Shown here piece by piece: positions 34,123 through 35,211 of a stretch of 35,211 bases of DNA (positions are counted from its first letter, which is position 1; every line of letters begins with the position of its first letter). Under the pieces are notes generated by a model, which did not search any database, was not told where the DNA came from, and saw only the letters and a list, made by a program, of their open reading frames with translations. The stretch spans positions 1-35,211 of IMG/VR virus record IMGVR_UViG_3300028025_002403. One strand, 5' to 3'. Source of the stretch: a virus (Duplodnaviria; Caudoviricetes). The translations under genes were made by a program, and so were the position numbers.

Positions 34123-34298
34123 TCTGCGTATTACCTGAGTGCGATAGTCAAGATATCAAGGTAGTGGACTCACGCCCGCATGATGGCATGAATTGGATTC
34201 GCAGACGTAGGCTCTGTATGGCTTGCGGGTACAGATGGAATACGATTGAGTTGGCTGAGTTTGAGCTAGATGATTTAACTGGTTGCCAAGATGAGTAA
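34119..34298 (+). CDS. NrdR N-terminal zinc-ribbon homologue lacking ATP-cone (59 aa, not in ORF track)
   Basis: MICVLPECDSQDIKVVDSRPHDGMNWIRRRRLCMACGYRWNTIE matches NrdR signature C..C...KVxDSR...RRRRxCxxCxxRFxTxE; ATGA overlap. Confidence 0.88.
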   Translation: MICVLPECDSQDIKVVDSRPHDGMNWIRRRRLCMACGYRWNTIELAEFELDDLTGCQDE

Positions 34299-34503
34299 TA
34301 TAGGATTAGTATTACGAAACGGGGCCATAACCCAGCCCTTTGGAATGGAGTATCGCCAGACCAAGATAAACGCAGTCGAATCACTAGGGATGACCATCGA
34401 ACAGATCGGGCCTAGCATAGTGAGAGCCAAAGAAGGCTTAGACACAGCGATAAACGATAGATACATCGCGAAAGCGATATCAACCCCTTTTTATAGCGGG
34501 TGA
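34291..34503 (+). CDS. hypothetical protein
   Basis: 70-aa ORF overlapping upstream stop; no motif recognised. Confidence 0.4.
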   Translation: MSNIGLVLRNGAITQPFGMEYRQTKINAVESLGMTIEQIGPSIVRAKEGLDTAINDRYIAKAISTPFYSG

Positions 34504-34512
34504 GGTTCTATT

Positions 34513-35028
34513 GTGTTTAACGCAGAAGGTAAAAAGTTCTTAATTCCCAAACAACCAAAGGTAAAGCTAAAGCCAGCATTACCAGATAGACGGCAGATAG
34601 CCGTATTGCCACTCAGAGCGATACAAGACAAGACCCTCAATCACGCCGCAGTCAGAGTCTTGGCTCTGGTATGCAGTTACGCCAACAGAGCTGGAATAAC
34701 CTGGGTCGGGCAAGCTCGCCTTGCTAGTGATATTGGGGTTACTTTCAGAGCTATATCAAGACAAATAAATATATTAAAAAAAAAGAAATACATAGAAATA
34801 CTCGTCAAGGGCGGGAAACTCAGCCATACCGCGACGATGAGAGTGATTTACAACCCTACAATCGGGGTTGATGATGCGATAGCGTTACAGACCGATGATA
34901 TGAGAAGTCCAGCGATGGCAATACTAGAGGAGATGGAGATGGAAAAGAAGCTCAGCAAGGCATCTAAACGTGCCTTGCCAGAATCGACGTTTCAGCACCA
35001 GCAAATACCCCTCATTGCTTTTGCTTAG
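34513..35028 (+). CDS. HTH replication-initiator-like protein, probably truncated by inversion at about 34967
   Basis: DKTLNHAAVRVLALVCSYANRAG..W.GQARLA...GVT.RAISRQI..L...YI wHTH; last ~20 codons are the inverted copy of 1-91. Confidence 0.7.
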   Translation: MFNAEGKKFLIPKQPKVKLKPALPDRRQIAVLPLRAIQDKTLNHAAVRVLALVCSYANRAGITWVGQARLASDIGVTFRAISRQINILKKKKYIEILVKGGKLSHTATMRVIYNPTIGVDDAIALQTDDMRSPAMAILEEMEMEKKLSKASKRALPESTFQHQQIPLIAFA

Positions 35029-35057
35029 AGGGGGGTACCCTTGACTTATCCCTATTC
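34967..35057. repeat. 91-bp exact inverted repeat, right copy
   Basis: reverse complement of 1-91. Confidence 0.95.
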
Positions 35058-35086
35058 CATACCACCGTTTGGTTCGCATACAAGCC

Positions 35087-35209
35087 TTATTCCACCGTTA
35101 GTAGGCTCTTGCTGAACTCCAGAATGGTATCTGGCTCGCCTGTCCTAGCCCTGAGCCATAGTTCTAGGCACTCGGTCAGCTCTGACTCCAATATCTCAGC
35201 CATTGCTAT
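35087..35209 (-). CDS. 3' fragment of a gene running off the window (candidate true C-terminus of the replication protein)
   Basis: open frame IAMAEILESELTECLELWLRARTGEPDTILEFSKSLLTVE-stop. Confidence 0.45.
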   Translation of the reverse strand: MAMAEILESELTECLELWLRARTGEPDTILEFSKSLLTVE

Positions 35210-35211
35210 CC

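Noticed and set aside
34148-34466. Minus-strand ORFs 34148-34384 and 34275-34466
   Set aside because: Antisense to the NrdR-like gene and the rightward operon

Overview
This is a near-complete ~35 kb tailed-phage (podovirus-type) genome. It pairs a T7/BPP-1/HTVC010P-like morphogenesis module (TerL, portal, scaffold, capsid, tail tubes A/B, ejected internal proteins, gp17-type fibre, two extra receptor-binding proteins, holin and GH24 lysozyme) with lambdoid-style early modules: leftward serine recombinase, YqaJ exonuclease and RecT; rightward Arc-like regulator, RusA, C5-MTase-like gene and HTH replication protein. I recognise no DNA/RNA polymerase, primase, ribonucleotide reductase, tyrosine integrase or CI-type repressor. 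About ten real-looking small ORFs fall below the ORF-track cut-off. The most notable signal is a candidate NrdR circuit. Two near-consensus NrdR boxes, 53 bp apart, lie at the divergent early promoters (32088-32156), and the rightward operon encodes an unannotated 59-aa NrdR zinc-ribbon homologue lacking the ATP-cone (34119-34298). Other signals are a structured capsid-gene leader with two mirror-image 1x4 internal loops, a ~72-nt closed RNA structure at the rightward early transcript start, an ejected ADP-ribosyltransferase-like protein, a cluster of small envelope proteins, and strong avoidance of GCWGC, CCGG and GGWCC. The right end is inverted (1-91 is the reverse complement of 34967-35057) and probably breaks the replication gene. 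All calls come from reading motifs by eye; no searches were run.
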